Assembly: GCF_003334335.1 (NCBI RefSeq)
Contig: NZ_QOWQ01000008.1
DNA length: 64,000 nucleotides
Direction: 5' to 3' (one strand)
Origin: Escherichia coli
Lineage (GTDB): Bacteria > Pseudomonadota > Gammaproteobacteria > Enterobacterales > Enterobacteriaceae
Position 1 is the first letter of the stretch, and the number at the start of each line of letters is the position of its first letter. This document shows, in pieces, positions 14,136 through 24,678 of this stretch. The notes under the pieces were generated by a model. That model was not told the DNA's origin, did not search any database, and saw only the letters and a program-made list of their open reading frames with translations. The translations under genes were made by a program, and so were the position numbers.

Positions 14136-16318
14136 TCTGCCTCCCGAACCAGCCAGATAGTGGCCAGCGGTGGTAGCGTCAGGCTTAGTGAATGCTGACG
14201 ACCGTGGCTGGCAATCTCATCGCTGTGTACCGTGCCGCCATTGCCTGCATTACTGCCGTGATAGTGCATGGAATCGGTATTGAGGATTTCACGCCATTTG
14301 CCCGGCTGGTTTATGCCGAAGCGATAATCATGACGCGGTACCGGCGTAAAGTTACTGGCAACGATGATTTCGTTACCCTCTTTATCGCGACGCACAAAGA
14401 TCAGCACCGAGCGTTCTTTGTCATCCACCACCAGCCATTCAAAGCCGTACGGGTCAAAATCCAGTTCATGCATTGCTTTATGGTGGCGGTAGGTGAGGTT
14501 CAGATCGCGCACCAGACGCTGGACACCGTGGTGCCAGTTATCGCCGCCTTCCAACAGATGCCAGTCGAGGCTGGCGTCATGGTTCCACTCGCGGCCCTGG
14601 GCAAATTCGTTACCCATGAACAGTAGTTTCTTGCCCGGGAATGCCCACATCCAGCCATAGTAGGCGCGCAGGTTCGCGAATTTCTGCCATGCGTCGCCCG
14701 GCATGCGGTCGAGAATCGATTTTTTACCGTGGACCACTTCATCATGCGACAACGGCAGGACGAAGTTTTCAGTGTAGTTGTAGAGAATCCCGAAGGTCAG
14801 TTTATCGTGATGATACTGACGATAAACCGGGTCGAGCTTCATGTAGTCCAGGGTGTCATGCATCCAGCCGAGGTTCCACTTGTACCAGAAGCCCAGACCG
14901 CCCATATCCTGCGGACGAGAAACGCCAGGGAAATCGGTAGACTCCTCAGCCATTGTCACCGCACCGGAAACCTGCTCACCAAGAATACGGTTGGTATTAC
15001 GCAAGAATTCAATCGCTTCAAGATTCTCGCGCCCGCCAAATTCGTTCGGGATCCACTCCCCCTCTTTACGGCTGTAGTCGCGATAAATCATTGACGCCAC
15101 CGCATCGACGCGCAGCGCATCAATACCAAAACGTTCAATCCAGTAAAGCGCGTTACCGACGAGGAAGTTACTGACTTCACGGCGACCATAGTTGTAGATC
15201 AGCGTGTTCCAGTCCTGATGATAGCCTTCACGCGGATCGCTGTGTTCATACAAGTTCGTGCCATCAAATTCGGCAAGCGCAAAGTCATCAGTCGGGAAGT
15301 GGCCTGGCACCCAGTCGAGAATCACGTTCAGACCAGCTGCGTGTGCGGCATCAATGAAATAACGGAAGTCGTCGCGAGTACCAAAACGGCGGGTTGGCGC
15401 ATACAGGCCGGTTGGCTGATAACCCCAACTGCCATCGAAGGGATGCTCGTTAATGGGCAGTAGTTCGAGGTGGGTAAAGCCCATCCATTTAGCATAAGGC
15501 ACCAGTTGATCGGCCAGCTCGCGGTAGCTCAACCAGAAATTGTTGTCGGTGTGGCGACGCCAGGAACCCAGGTGAACTTCATAAATAGAGATTGGCGCAT
15601 CAAACTGATTCGCTTTTTTGCGCTCTTCAGTCTGTACAACCTTTTCCGGCAGCCCGCAAATAAGAGACGCGGTTTCCGGGCGCATTTGCGCTTCAAAGGC
15701 ATAAGGGTCGGACTTCAGACGCAAGTTGCCATTGGCATCAATCATCTCGTATTTATAGAGCTGACCGTTATGCGCCCCAGGGATAAACAGTTCCCAGATG
15801 CCGCTCTCTTTACGCAGGCGCATCGGGTGACGGCGACCGTCCCAGTAGTTGAATTGCCCAACCACCGAGACCCGACGGGCGTTTGGAGCCCAGACAGAGA
15901 AACGCGTACCTGTGACGCCATCCATAGTATCTGCATGCGCGCCTAAGGTTTCATACGGGCGCAGGTGAGTACCTTCAGATAATAGCCAGGCATCCATTTC
16001 CTGGATTAGCGGACCAAAACGGTAAGGATCATCAATCAGGTTTTGCTGACCATGCCAGACAACAGCCAACTGATAGCGGAAAAAATTCTTACGTCGCGGA
16101 ATGACGCCGCTAAAGAATCCCCGTGAGTCGAGACACTCCAGTTTTGCGAGTTTGCGCCCGGTTTTCGGTTCAATCACCCACACATCGGTAGCGTCGGGTA
16201 AAAGGGCACGGACTTCCAGTCCCGCGGTGGTTTTATGCATTCCCAGTACGGAAAAAGGATCCGCAAAATGGCCTGCAATTAGCGCGTTAATCACGTCTCT
16301 ATCGATACGATCGGACAT
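14132..16318 (-). CDS. glgB: 1,4-alpha-glucan branching enzyme GlgB
   Basis: ORF track 728 aa; first gene of glgBXCAP. Confidence 0.95.
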   Translation of the reverse strand: MSDRIDRDVINALIAGHFADPFSVLGMHKTTAGLEVRALLPDATDVWVIEPKTGRKLAKLECLDSRGFFSGVIPRRKNFFRYQLAVVWHGQQNLIDDPYRFGPLIQEMDAWLLSEGTHLRPYETLGAHADTMDGVTGTRFSVWAPNARRVSVVGQFNYWDGRRHPMRLRKESGIWELFIPGAHNGQLYKYEMIDANGNLRLKSDPYAFEAQMRPETASLICGLPEKVVQTEERKKANQFDAPISIYEVHLGSWRRHTDNNFWLSYRELADQLVPYAKWMGFTHLELLPINEHPFDGSWGYQPTGLYAPTRRFGTRDDFRYFIDAAHAAGLNVILDWVPGHFPTDDFALAEFDGTNLYEHSDPREGYHQDWNTLIYNYGRREVSNFLVGNALYWIERFGIDALRVDAVASMIYRDYSRKEGEWIPNEFGGRENLEAIEFLRNTNRILGEQVSGAVTMAEESTDFPGVSRPQDMGGLGFWYKWNLGWMHDTLDYMKLDPVYRQYHHDKLTFGILYNYTENFVLPLSHDEVVHGKKSILDRMPGDAWQKFANLRAYYGWMWAFPGKKLLFMGNEFAQGREWNHDASLDWHLLEGGDNWHHGVQRLVRDLNLTYRHHKAMHELDFDPYGFEWLVVDDKERSVLIFVRRDKEGNEIIVASNFTPVPRHDYRFGINQPGKWREILNTDSMHYHGSNAGNGGTVHSDEIASHGRQHSLSLTLPPLATIWLVREAE

Positions 16319-16590
16319 GCTTGTCTTCCTGTTTTATTGTGTCACCCCATCCAATTGGATTTTTGACTTCTGGTTGTGACATTTTTTTGACCTGAACGGC
16401 GCAGCACTCTGTGCATCCTCTCTGCGTCGTCCTCACTTCAGGTAAGGCTGTGAATACTCATGTATTCAGCCACCCTTAAAGAATAGCCAATGCTCTATTT
16501 AACTCCCGGTAAATCATGAAACATCTGCGCTTACTCCTGTATTACGCACTAACAGGGGCGGCATCGCGCCCCAGATTTAATGAATAAAGA

Positions 16591-17694
16591 TTACGCCAGT
16601 TGACGAAGCATCCGACGCAGCGGCTCCGCGGCCCCCCACAGCAGCTGGTCGCCCACGGTAAAGGCTGACAGGAACTCTGGTCCCATATTCAGCTTACGCA
16701 GGCGGCCTACCGGCGTGGTCAGCGTGCCGGTAACGGCAGCTGGGGTTAGCTCACGCATAGTGATTTCCCGATCGTTCGGAACGACTTTCGCCCACGGATT
16801 GTGCGCAGCCAGCAGTTCTTCCACGGTCGGAATAGACACATCTTTTTTCAATTTAATAGTGAATGCCTGGCTGTGGCAGCGCAATGCCCCGACACGCACA
16901 CATAAACCATCTACCGGAATTACGGAAGATGTGTTGAGGATCTTGTTGGTTTCCGCCTGCCCTTTCCACTCTTCGCGGCTCTGACCGTTATCGAGCTGTT
17001 TGTCGATCCACGGAATCAGGCTACCCGCCAGCGGCACGCCAAAGTTATCCACCGGCAGCTCACCGCTACGGGTTAAGGTTGTGACTTTGCGTTCGATATC
17101 GAGAATAGCAGAGGACGGGGTCGCGAGTTCATCTGCCACATGGCCATACAGATGGCCCATCTGGGTTAATAACTCACGCATATGTCGCGCACCACCGCCG
17201 GAAGCGGCCTGGTAGGTTGCAACGGACACCCAATCAACAAGATCATTGGCGAATAAACCACCCAACGACATCAACATCAGGCTTACGGTACAGTTACCGC
17301 CAACAAAAGTCCTGATGCCATTATTTAATCCGTCGGTAATGACGTCCTGATTGACGGGGTCAAGAATGATGATGGCGTCATCTTTCATGCGCAGAGACGA
17401 TGCTGCGTCAATCCAGTAACCTTGCCATCCGCTTTCACGAAGCTTTGGATAGATTTCGTTGGTATAATCGCCGCCCTGACAGGTCACAATGATATCGAGG
17501 GCCTTTAGCGCCTCCAGATCAAAGGCATCCTGAAGTGTGCCAGTGGTTCCGCCAAAAGACGGCGCAGCCTGGCCAAGCTGAGAAGTAGAAAAGAAGACAG
17601 GGCGAATGGCGTCGAAGTCGCGCTCTTCAACCATGCGTTGCATGAGAACGGAGCCGACCATACCGCGCCAGCCGATAAAACCAACATTTTTCAT
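16591..17694 (-). CDS. asd: aspartate-semialdehyde dehydrogenase Asd
   Basis: ORF track 16591..17817 trimmed to ATG at 17694 giving 367 aa ([16 protein letters not shown]...). Confidence 0.92.
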
Positions 17695-17886
17695 AAGCGT
17701 TTTTTTCCTGCAAAGATGTGTGCTGTATAAATGTGCCGGTCTCCTCTTGGCACATCTTTCACCATACAAAAAGCAGCCAAAGTCGCAAGTGAAATTAATC
17801 AATGATAGCGAAGCCATCAGTAATGCGACTTATCCTGCTTTGTTAGCACGCAGAAAGTCCGCGGCAATTATCAGGGAATTTGAGTT

Positions 17887-18480
17887 ATGAATGAAATCAT
17901 TTCTGCAGCAGTTTTATTGATCCTGATTATGGATCCGCTCGGAAACCTACCTATTTTCATGTCCGTACTGAAACATACTGAACCGAAAAGACGGCGGGCA
18001 ATCATGGTGCGAGAGTTGCTTATTGCTCTCCTGGTGATGCTGGTGTTCCTGTTTGCGGGTGAGAAAATTCTGGCATTTCTTAGCCTACGAGCAGAAACCG
18101 TCTCCATTTCTGGCGGCATCATTCTGTTTCTGATCGCCATTAAAATGATTTTCCCCAGCGCTTCAGGAAATAGCAGCGGGCTTCCGGCAGGTGAAGAGCC
18201 ATTTATCGTGCCGTTGGCAATTCCGTTAGTCGCCGGGCCGACTATTCTCGCCACGCTGATGTTGTTGTCTCATCAGTACCCGAATCAGATGGGGCATCTG
18301 GTGATTGCTCTGCTGCTGGCCTGGGGCGGCACCTTTGTCATCCTGCTACAGTCTTCGCTATTTTTACGTCTGCTGGGCGAGAAAGGGGTGAACGCACTTG
18401 AACGCCTGATGGGATTGATTCTGGTGATGATGGCAACCCAGATGTTCCTCGACGGCATTCGAATGTGGATGAAGGGGTAA
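17887..18480 (+). CDS. yhgN: MarC-family inner membrane protein YhgN
   Basis: ORF track 197 aa, multi-TM. Confidence 0.88.
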   Translation: MNEIISAAVLLILIMDPLGNLPIFMSVLKHTEPKRRRAIMVRELLIALLVMLVFLFAGEKILAFLSLRAETVSISGGIILFLIAIKMIFPSASGNSSGLPAGEEPFIVPLAIPLVAGPTILATLMLLSHQYPNQMGHLVIALLLAWGGTFVILLQSSLFLRLLGEKGVNALERLMGLILVMMATQMFLDGIRMWMKG

Positions 18481-18536
18481 CGAGGAGAGTTTTTCGAAAA
18501 GAACCCGGTAGCGTCACAACTACCGGGCGAACAAAC

Positions 18537-19877
18537 TTAACTCAACAGCTGGAACGCAATCATCCCAACGATGGCACCGACAGTGCCGAGGATGGTTTCC
18601 ATCATGGTCCAGGTTTTCAGCGTTTCGGCTTCGGTCGCGCCGGTAAATTTACCGAACAACCAGAAACCGGCGTCGTTAACGTGGCTGACAACAATCGAAC
18701 CACCAGCGATACAAATCGACAGCGCCGCCATTTGCGCACCGGAGTAGTTCAGTTGTTCAATAACCGGCATCACCAGTCCTACCGCCGTTAAACAGGCTAC
18801 GGTGGCAGAACCCTGAATGATGCGCACTGCAGCTGCCAGCACGAAGCAGGTGATAGCAATCGGCAGGCCCATGCCGGTTAACGCTTCGCCCAGTGCCGGA
18901 CCTACGCCAGAGTCAACCAGCACCTGTTTGAACACGCCGCCCGCACCAATCACCAGCAGAATGATCCCCGCCGGTTGCAGCGCGTGACCGCAAATCTCCA
19001 TCACTTTGTCTTTTGGCATGCCCTGACGCATTGCCAGACCGTAAATCGCCACCAGACAAGCAACCAGAATCGCGGTAAACGGATGACCGATAAACTCAAA
19101 CCATTCGTAAGCAGTTGATCCTTCCGGCACAAAACGCGCGGCAATGGTTTTCAGCCCTACCAGCACCAGCGGCAGCAGGATCAGCGACAGGCTGAATCCG
19201 AAAGATGGCATTTTGCCTTCGCCGAGATGCGGTTCGCTGATGTCGTCAGGAATATGCAGCTCAACGTAACGGCTGATGAAGTTACCCCACAGCGGCCCGG
19301 CAATAATCATTCCCGGAATTGCCGCACACAGGCCAATCAGGATCATCCAGCCAAAGTCGGCATTCATCTGCGATGCCAGCAGCATCGGCGCTGGTCCAGG
19401 CACCAGAAATGCCGCCGCTGCCGCCACGCCTGCAAATAATGGGATTACCAGCTTCACCAGGTTCGTACCGGTGTGGCGCGCCATTGAGAAAGCAACGCTA
19501 ATCAGCAGAACTATCGCCACTTCAAAGAACAGCGGTAGCGCACAGACCAGCCCCGCAAGGCCGATGGCATAATGCGCGCGGCTGTGACCGAAGGATTTGA
19601 GCATTTTGACGGCAATCTGATCGACTGCGCCGGTTTCATGTAAGATCTTGCCAAACATAGCTCCCAGGGCGACAACCACCGCCAGGAAGCCGAGGGTGCC
19701 TCCCATCCCTTTTTCCATCGTCGCTGCGATTTTATCGAGCGGCATACCAGAAAAAAGGCCAGCCCCCATGGACACCACCATTAAAGCCAGGAAAGCGTGC
19801 ATACGCGCCTTCATGACTAAAAACAGCAGCAGTAAAACAGACCCTACTGCTGTTAAAACAAGCGTTAATGTAGTCAC
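18537..19877 (-). CDS. gntU: low-affinity gluconate:H+ symporter GntU
   Basis: ORF track 446 aa, GntP-family polytopic transporter. Confidence 0.93.
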   Translation of the reverse strand: MTTLTLVLTAVGSVLLLLFLVMKARMHAFLALMVVSMGAGLFSGMPLDKIAATMEKGMGGTLGFLAVVVALGAMFGKILHETGAVDQIAVKMLKSFGHSRAHYAIGLAGLVCALPLFFEVAIVLLISVAFSMARHTGTNLVKLVIPLFAGVAAAAAFLVPGPAPMLLASQMNADFGWMILIGLCAAIPGMIIAGPLWGNFISRYVELHIPDDISEPHLGEGKMPSFGFSLSLILLPLVLVGLKTIAARFVPEGSTAYEWFEFIGHPFTAILVACLVAIYGLAMRQGMPKDKVMEICGHALQPAGIILLVIGAGGVFKQVLVDSGVGPALGEALTGMGLPIAITCFVLAAAVRIIQGSATVACLTAVGLVMPVIEQLNYSGAQMAALSICIAGGSIVVSHVNDAGFWLFGKFTGATEAETLKTWTMMETILGTVGAIVGMIAFQLLS

Positions 19878-19880
19878 TAC

Positions 19881-20408
19881 TTATTTGCCTTTTTTAATAA
19901 CCTCAATGGTGCTTGCCACAACACCTTCCAGCGGTTGATCGATATCCACCACCAGTACATCGGTTTCGTCCGCACCCGGCTCCTGCAGCGTTTCAAACTG
20001 CGTCACCAACATTTGGGTTTTAAAGAAATGGCCTTTGCGCGCTTTCAGGCGGCTTTCAATCACATCAAAATCGCCTTTCAAATAGATGAAAGAGAGATTC
20101 GGATTACCTTCACGCAGCAAGTCGCGATAGTGTTTTTTCAATGCAGAACAGACGATCAGCGACACTTTATTAGTGCGCTGCATAGCAAACGCGGCGTCGT
20201 TCAGCGCCTGCAACCACGGTTTGCGATCGTCGTCATTCAGTGGTTCGCCAGACGCCATTTTTTCGATATTGCGCCGTGGATGGAGGAAATCGCCATCAAG
20301 AAACGCGGCATGAAGTTGATGCGCCACTTCACTGGCGACCGCAGATTTGCCGCTGCCCGATACGCCCATCAAGACGTAAATGTGGTGATCATGGTTAGTC
20401 GTGCTCAA
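19881..20408 (-). CDS. gntK: gluconokinase GntK (TTG start)
   Basis: ORF track 19881..20429 trimmed to a TTG giving 175 aa (MSTTNHDHHIYVLMGVSGSGKS...); P-loop visible. Confidence 0.85.
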   Translation of the reverse strand: MSTTNHDHHIYVLMGVSGSGKSAVASEVAHQLHAAFLDGDFLHPRRNIEKMASGEPLNDDDRKPWLQALNDAAFAMQRTNKVSLIVCSALKKHYRDLLREGNPNLSFIYLKGDFDVIESRLKARKGHFFKTQMLVTQFETLQEPGADETDVLVVDIDQPLEGVVASTIEVIKKGK

Positions 20409-20438
20409 AGTGGTGCCCCCACAATACAAGAATTAAAA

Positions 20439-20467
20439 ATGTTACGGGTAACTGTTATCGGTAACAT
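20439..20467 (-). promoter_or_regulatory. GntR operator pair at the gntKU promoter
   Basis: Minus strand reads ATGTTACCGATAACAGTTACCCGTAACAT (two overlapping ATGTTACC-GGTAACAT-like palindromic half-site pairs) ~30 bp upstream of gntK start. Confidence 0.55.
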
Positions 20468-20546
20468 TGTCCAGCCGGACAATATCAGAAGCAATATCCA
20501 TCCATGCCTTAAGTGTATAAGTGTGAGCTACTTCAAATTTGTGGGC

Positions 20547-21542
20547 TTAAATAGATCCGCCCGGTGACAAGGTGAAACCTAAATCTAACATTTTCGGTGT
20601 CACAGATTCGCCACGAATACGCGCCAGCAGGCGTTCAGCGCCAATACTGCCCATCCGCTCACGCGGCGTCAGCACGCTCGCAAGTCGTGGCTCCATCACC
20701 TGACCAATGTCATGACCGTGGAAACCGGCAATCGCCATATCGTCAGGAACTTTTAACCCCAGACGCTGACATTCAAACGCCGCGCCGACCGCCAGGTCAT
20801 CATTCGTACAGAACACGCCATCCAGCTGCGGATATTCCCGCCGCGCCTGGCGAATCAGTTCAATACCGGAAGAGTAAGAAGAAGATTGCTCAACCATCAC
20901 GCTATATGGCACCAGGCCTGCATCCAGCATCGCCTGTTCGTATCCCTTCTGTTTGATGATAGTACGTTCGTCGAGACGTGCGCCGAGATAGGCAATGTGG
21001 CGATGCCCGCGAGCAATAATGGCAGTGGTCATCTGGCGTGCTGCTTCAAAGTTATCAAAACCGACGGCGATATCAAGGCATGGCGACTTGCTGTCCATCA
21101 GTTCCACCACGGGAATACCCGCCACTTCAATCATCTTTAAGGTGCGCGGCGTGTGGGTACGTTCGGTGAGGATCAGGCCGTCGATATTCCAGGAGAGCAT
21201 GGATTCGAGGCGTTCTTGCTCCATTTCCGGTTTATAACCGTAGTGCGCCAGCATGGTCTGATAACCGTGCGCGTCGGTGACGCTTTCGATTCCGCGTAAT
21301 ACTTCCGCGAAAACCTGGTTGGTGAGAGAAGGTAACAGGACGCCAATCGCCCGGCTGGTGGCGTTAGAGAGGATATCGGGCGCACGATTGGGAATATAGC
21401 CCAGTTCATCAAGAGCCGCGGCAATCTTGCCGCGTAGAGCGACGGAAACCTGCTCCGGGTTGCGTAAAAAACGGCTGACCGTCATTTTGGTCACGCCTAC
21501 ACGGTCAGCCACATCCTGAAGTACGGGTCTTTTCTTTTTCAT
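20547..21542 (-). CDS. gntR: gluconate repressor GntR (LacI family)
   Basis: ORF track 331 aa; N-terminal HTH plus periplasmic-binding-protein-like sugar domain. Confidence 0.95.
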   Translation of the reverse strand: MKKKRPVLQDVADRVGVTKMTVSRFLRNPEQVSVALRGKIAAALDELGYIPNRAPDILSNATSRAIGVLLPSLTNQVFAEVLRGIESVTDAHGYQTMLAHYGYKPEMEQERLESMLSWNIDGLILTERTHTPRTLKMIEVAGIPVVELMDSKSPCLDIAVGFDNFEAARQMTTAIIARGHRHIAYLGARLDERTIIKQKGYEQAMLDAGLVPYSVMVEQSSSYSSGIELIRQARREYPQLDGVFCTNDDLAVGAAFECQRLGLKVPDDMAIAGFHGHDIGQVMEPRLASVLTPRERMGSIGAERLLARIRGESVTPKMLDLGFTLSPGGSI

Positions 21543-21765
21543 CGTCCTGAAGGTACAAAAGAGATAGATTCTCTTAGTTTAACACGGACACATCAGAACC
21601 TTCCCGGGGAAAACAGTGCTTGTTTACAATTATTAGATATACACTAAATCAATTGCATCGCATTGTGCTAACGACGCGGCAAAACCCCGGAAGCGTACAT
21701 CAGCACGCGACCGGAGCGAGCGAGGAAGCCTGCAAAAAGGCAGGCTTCAAAGATGCCGTTGAGTT

Positions 21766-22461
21766 TTAAACCGGCGGCAGATCGAACAGTAACACTTCGC
21801 TGTCGCTATCCGCATGGATGGAGATTGCCTGCTCATCCCAGATTGCCAGACCATCGCTGGTCGAGGCTTTCACGCCGTTAATGGTGACATTGCCTTTCAC
21901 CACCTGGATCCAGACGCGGCGTTCAGCGGCAATCTGATGCACCGACTGCTCATCTTTCAGCAACGCCCAGCGGTACAGTTCCATATCCTGATGCACTTTC
22001 AATGAACCATCTCGCGCATCCGGCGAGAGCACCAGCTGTTTGCCCTGTACGGCATCGAAGCGACGCTGTTCATAACGCGGCGTAATACCGTTTTCTTCAG
22101 GCATGATCCAGATCTGATACAGATGCAGACGCTCGGTGCTGCTTGGGTTGTACTCTGAGTGACGAATACCCGTACCAGCACTCATAATCTGGAACTCACC
22201 CGCCGGAACCTGCTCTTTATTGCCCATGCTGTCCTGATGCTCAACAGTACCTTCCAGCACGTAGGTCAAAATTTCCATATCTTTATGCGGGTGAGTGCCG
22301 AAGCCCTGCCCTGCTTCAATCACGTCGTCGTTAATCACGCGCAGCGCGGAGAAGCCCATAAAGTTCGGATCGTAATAGTTGGCAAAAGAGAAAGTATGCC
22401 AGGAGTCCAGCCAGCCATGATTTGCATGACCACGTTCATTTGCTTTGCGTAAGTAGATCAT
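21766..22461 (-). CDS. yhhW: pirin-like cupin protein YhhW (quercetin 2,3-dioxygenase)
   Basis: ORF track 231 aa; cupin metal-binding histidines (HPHKDMEILTYVLEG). Confidence 0.9.
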   Translation of the reverse strand: MIYLRKANERGHANHGWLDSWHTFSFANYYDPNFMGFSALRVINDDVIEAGQGFGTHPHKDMEILTYVLEGTVEHQDSMGNKEQVPAGEFQIMSAGTGIRHSEYNPSSTERLHLYQIWIMPEENGITPRYEQRRFDAVQGKQLVLSPDARDGSLKVHQDMELYRWALLKDEQSVHQIAAERRVWIQVVKGNVTINGVKASTSDGLAIWDEQAISIHADSDSEVLLFDLPPV

Positions 22462-22583
22462 TTGTATTCGCCCCCTGAATGATTTCGATGGGCTTAGTGT
22501 GGACCCGATCTGCCTGGGATGATAGAGGGTGAAAATTGACCCCTCTGTTCAAAAAAATTGAACTATTCGAGGGGCCATCAAAC

Positions 22584-23621
22584 TTACTTAGCGAGAGTTA
22601 CTGTGGAGGGAGAGGCTTGCTCAAATCCGCGTTCAAGGATTTCCAGATTGGTAAGAACTTCAGATTCCTTGACGTAATTTGGCGCACCGTGGGTGATGGT
22701 TTGATACAACGCATCATAAACGCGCCCGTAATCGCCCATCTCCGGCTTCATCTCTTCTCTGACCGTCACGCCCTCGTCATTGACATACTCCAGCACACCG
22801 ACCGAATCATCCGCTGCGAATCCCGGTTCGCCCGGCATAATATTAGCCTTCAGGCTGGTTTCCTGCTGGTCGATACCGTATTTAATAAACGAACCTTTCT
22901 TACCGTGAACGATAAATTTCGGATAATCGATTTTCACCAGATGGCTGGTTTTGACGATGGCTTTCAGGTCGCCATAAAACAGTTGCGCTTCAAAGGTGTC
23001 GTCAGGATTGGCTTTATTACGCAGGCTGCGGATGTCATAAGCGACGTGATCCGGGCGACCGAACAGAGAAATAATCTGGTCCATCGTATGCACACCAAGG
23101 CCATAAAACGCGCCATCCTGCGGCAGCCCAGGTTTGGTTTCTGCCACCGGGCGGTAATAGTCAAAATGGCTTTCCACTTCAACAATCTCTCCCAACTTGC
23201 CACTTTCAATCGCTTTTTTCGCTGTCAGGAAGCAGGAGTCAAAGCGACGATTCTGATACGGCGTGACGGTCAGCCCTTTGCTTTTCGCCAACGCAAACAG
23301 CTCTTTCGCCTGCGCAAGTGTCGGAGTGAACGGTTTTTCGACCAGCACATTTTTCCCGGCTTCCAGCGCGCGTTTCGCGTACTCGAAATGGCTGTCCGCG
23401 TGGGTGCAGACAACAACCAGCTTAACATCGGGATCGTTTAGTACTTCGTCGAGATCGCTGGTGAAATGGATATGGGAATAAATGGGAGCCTGTTCTTCCG
23501 GCTTCGCATGGCGACGAAAAATATGCGCGACATGCCAGCTATCCTTGCGGTTAAGTACATACGGCAGATGGTAACGGGTGGTGCTTTTGCCGAAGCCAAT
23601 AAAGGCGCAGTTGATGACCAT
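22584..23621 (-). CDS. yhhX: Gfo/Idh/MocA-family NAD(P)-dependent oxidoreductase YhhX
   Basis: ORF track 345 aa; N-terminal Rossmann CAFIGFGKS. Confidence 0.9.
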   Translation of the reverse strand: MVINCAFIGFGKSTTRYHLPYVLNRKDSWHVAHIFRRHAKPEEQAPIYSHIHFTSDLDEVLNDPDVKLVVVCTHADSHFEYAKRALEAGKNVLVEKPFTPTLAQAKELFALAKSKGLTVTPYQNRRFDSCFLTAKKAIESGKLGEIVEVESHFDYYRPVAETKPGLPQDGAFYGLGVHTMDQIISLFGRPDHVAYDIRSLRNKANPDDTFEAQLFYGDLKAIVKTSHLVKIDYPKFIVHGKKGSFIKYGIDQQETSLKANIMPGEPGFAADDSVGVLEYVNDEGVTVREEMKPEMGDYGRVYDALYQTITHGAPNYVKESEVLTNLEILERGFEQASPSTVTLAK

Positions 23622-23737
23622 GATTTCGTCCTTTTTAAGGTGGTTATTTACACCTTAGCGCAAAGCGGACGTGGTTCCTACTGGAGTGCGCATAACGAAC
23701 ACAAGCACTCCCGTGGATAAATTGAGAACGAAAGATC

Positions 23738-23832
23738 AAAAAAAAAGCCAGCACCCGGCTGGCTAAGTAATACTGGAAGCAATGTGAGCAATGTCGTGCT
23801 TTCAGGTTCTCCGCGAGGGTCTTCCTGATCGC
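23738..23832 (-). ncRNA. ryhB: Fur-repressed iron-sparing small RNA RyhB
   Basis: Minus strand reads GCGATCAGGAAGACCCTCGCGGAGAACCTGAAAGCACGACATTGCTCACATTGCTTCCAGTATTACTTAGCCAGCCGGGTGCTGGC followed by T9 (intrinsic terminator); matches the RyhB sequence from memory; lies in the yhhX-yhhY spacer. Confidence 0.92.
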
Positions 23833-23835
23833 GAG

Positions 23836-23858
23836 ACAATAATAATCATTCTCATTCG
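23836..23858 (-). promoter_or_regulatory. Fur box overlapping the ryhB promoter
   Basis: Minus strand GAATGAGAATGATTATTATTGTC resembles GATAATGATAATCATTATC immediately upstream of the RyhB 5' end. Confidence 0.65.
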
Positions 23859-23953
23859 CACTTGTCCAACACTTTTTGCAAAAAAATGCATTTGACTCGC
23901 ATTTGAAAGTCAATGATGTTGAAAGGGACATTTACCCCAAAGAGGACAAAGGA

Positions 23954-24442
23954 ATGAGTGAGATAGTAATACGCCACGCAGAAACACGGGATTACGAGGC
24001 CATCAGGCAGATTCACGCCCAGCCGGAGGTGTATTGCAACACACTACAGGTGCCTCATCCTTCCGATCATATGTGGCAGGAGCGACTCGCCGATCGTCCC
24101 GGCATCAAGCAACTCGTCGCCTGTATTGATGGAGACGTCGTGGGCCATCTCACCATTGACGTGCAACAGCGCCCACGCCGCAGTCATGTTGCCGATTTTG
24201 GTATCTGTGTCGACTCTCGTTGGAAGAACCGCGGCGTCGCCAGCGCCCTGATGCGAGAGATGATTGAAATGTGCGACAACTGGTTGCGGGTAGATCGCAT
24301 TGAACTAACCGTGTTTGTCGATAACGCCCCGGCAATTAAGGTCTATAAAAAATACGGCTTTGAAATTGAAGGGACTGGTAAGAAGTACGCATTGCGTAAT
24401 GGTGAATATGTCGATGCATATTATATGGCGCGGGTGAAGTAA
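23954..24442 (+). CDS. yhhY: GNAT-family N-acetyltransferase YhhY
   Basis: ORF track 23876..24442 (TTG) trimmed to ATG at 23954 giving 162 aa (MSEIVIRHAETRDYEAI...); the longer track ORF would overrun the ryhB promoter. Confidence 0.85.
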   Translation: MSEIVIRHAETRDYEAIRQIHAQPEVYCNTLQVPHPSDHMWQERLADRPGIKQLVACIDGDVVGHLTIDVQQRPRRSHVADFGICVDSRWKNRGVASALMREMIEMCDNWLRVDRIELTVFVDNAPAIKVYKKYGFEIEGTGKKYALRNGEYVDAYYMARVK

Positions 24443-24678
24443 GATAGTGCCCTTTTTCTGAGATGGAAAAAGGGTGTCATTCAAAATCGACATACCTTCC
24501 TTTAAGGTATTTATTTGCCCAATACATATATTGAGATTTAACTCATAATTACTTCCTAAAGTGTAATATTTTATTTTTTAATATATACGCCTACAATTTC
24601 CTGGAGTAAATAAATAACAATTAACAAGCATAATATTGCCATTGATAAAATAGCATGCCATAAAAGGACTTTTCAGGG

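Noticed and set aside
16591-17817. N-terminal extensions of ORF-track calls (asd, glgC, glpD, glpE, ggt, ugpC, livF/K/J, ftsX, dcrB, yhhS, yhhT, yhhY, yhhL)
   Set aside because: The track reports the longest frame including GTG/TTG; the internal starts used here give the known protein N-termini and avoid overrunning upstream genes or promoters
22536-23441. 301-aa plus-strand ORF
   Set aside because: Antisense shadow ORF inside yhhX
23644-23931. 95-aa minus-strand ORF in the ORF track
   Set aside because: It is laid directly over the RyhB sRNA and its Fur-regulated promoter; the region is explained by the ncRNA
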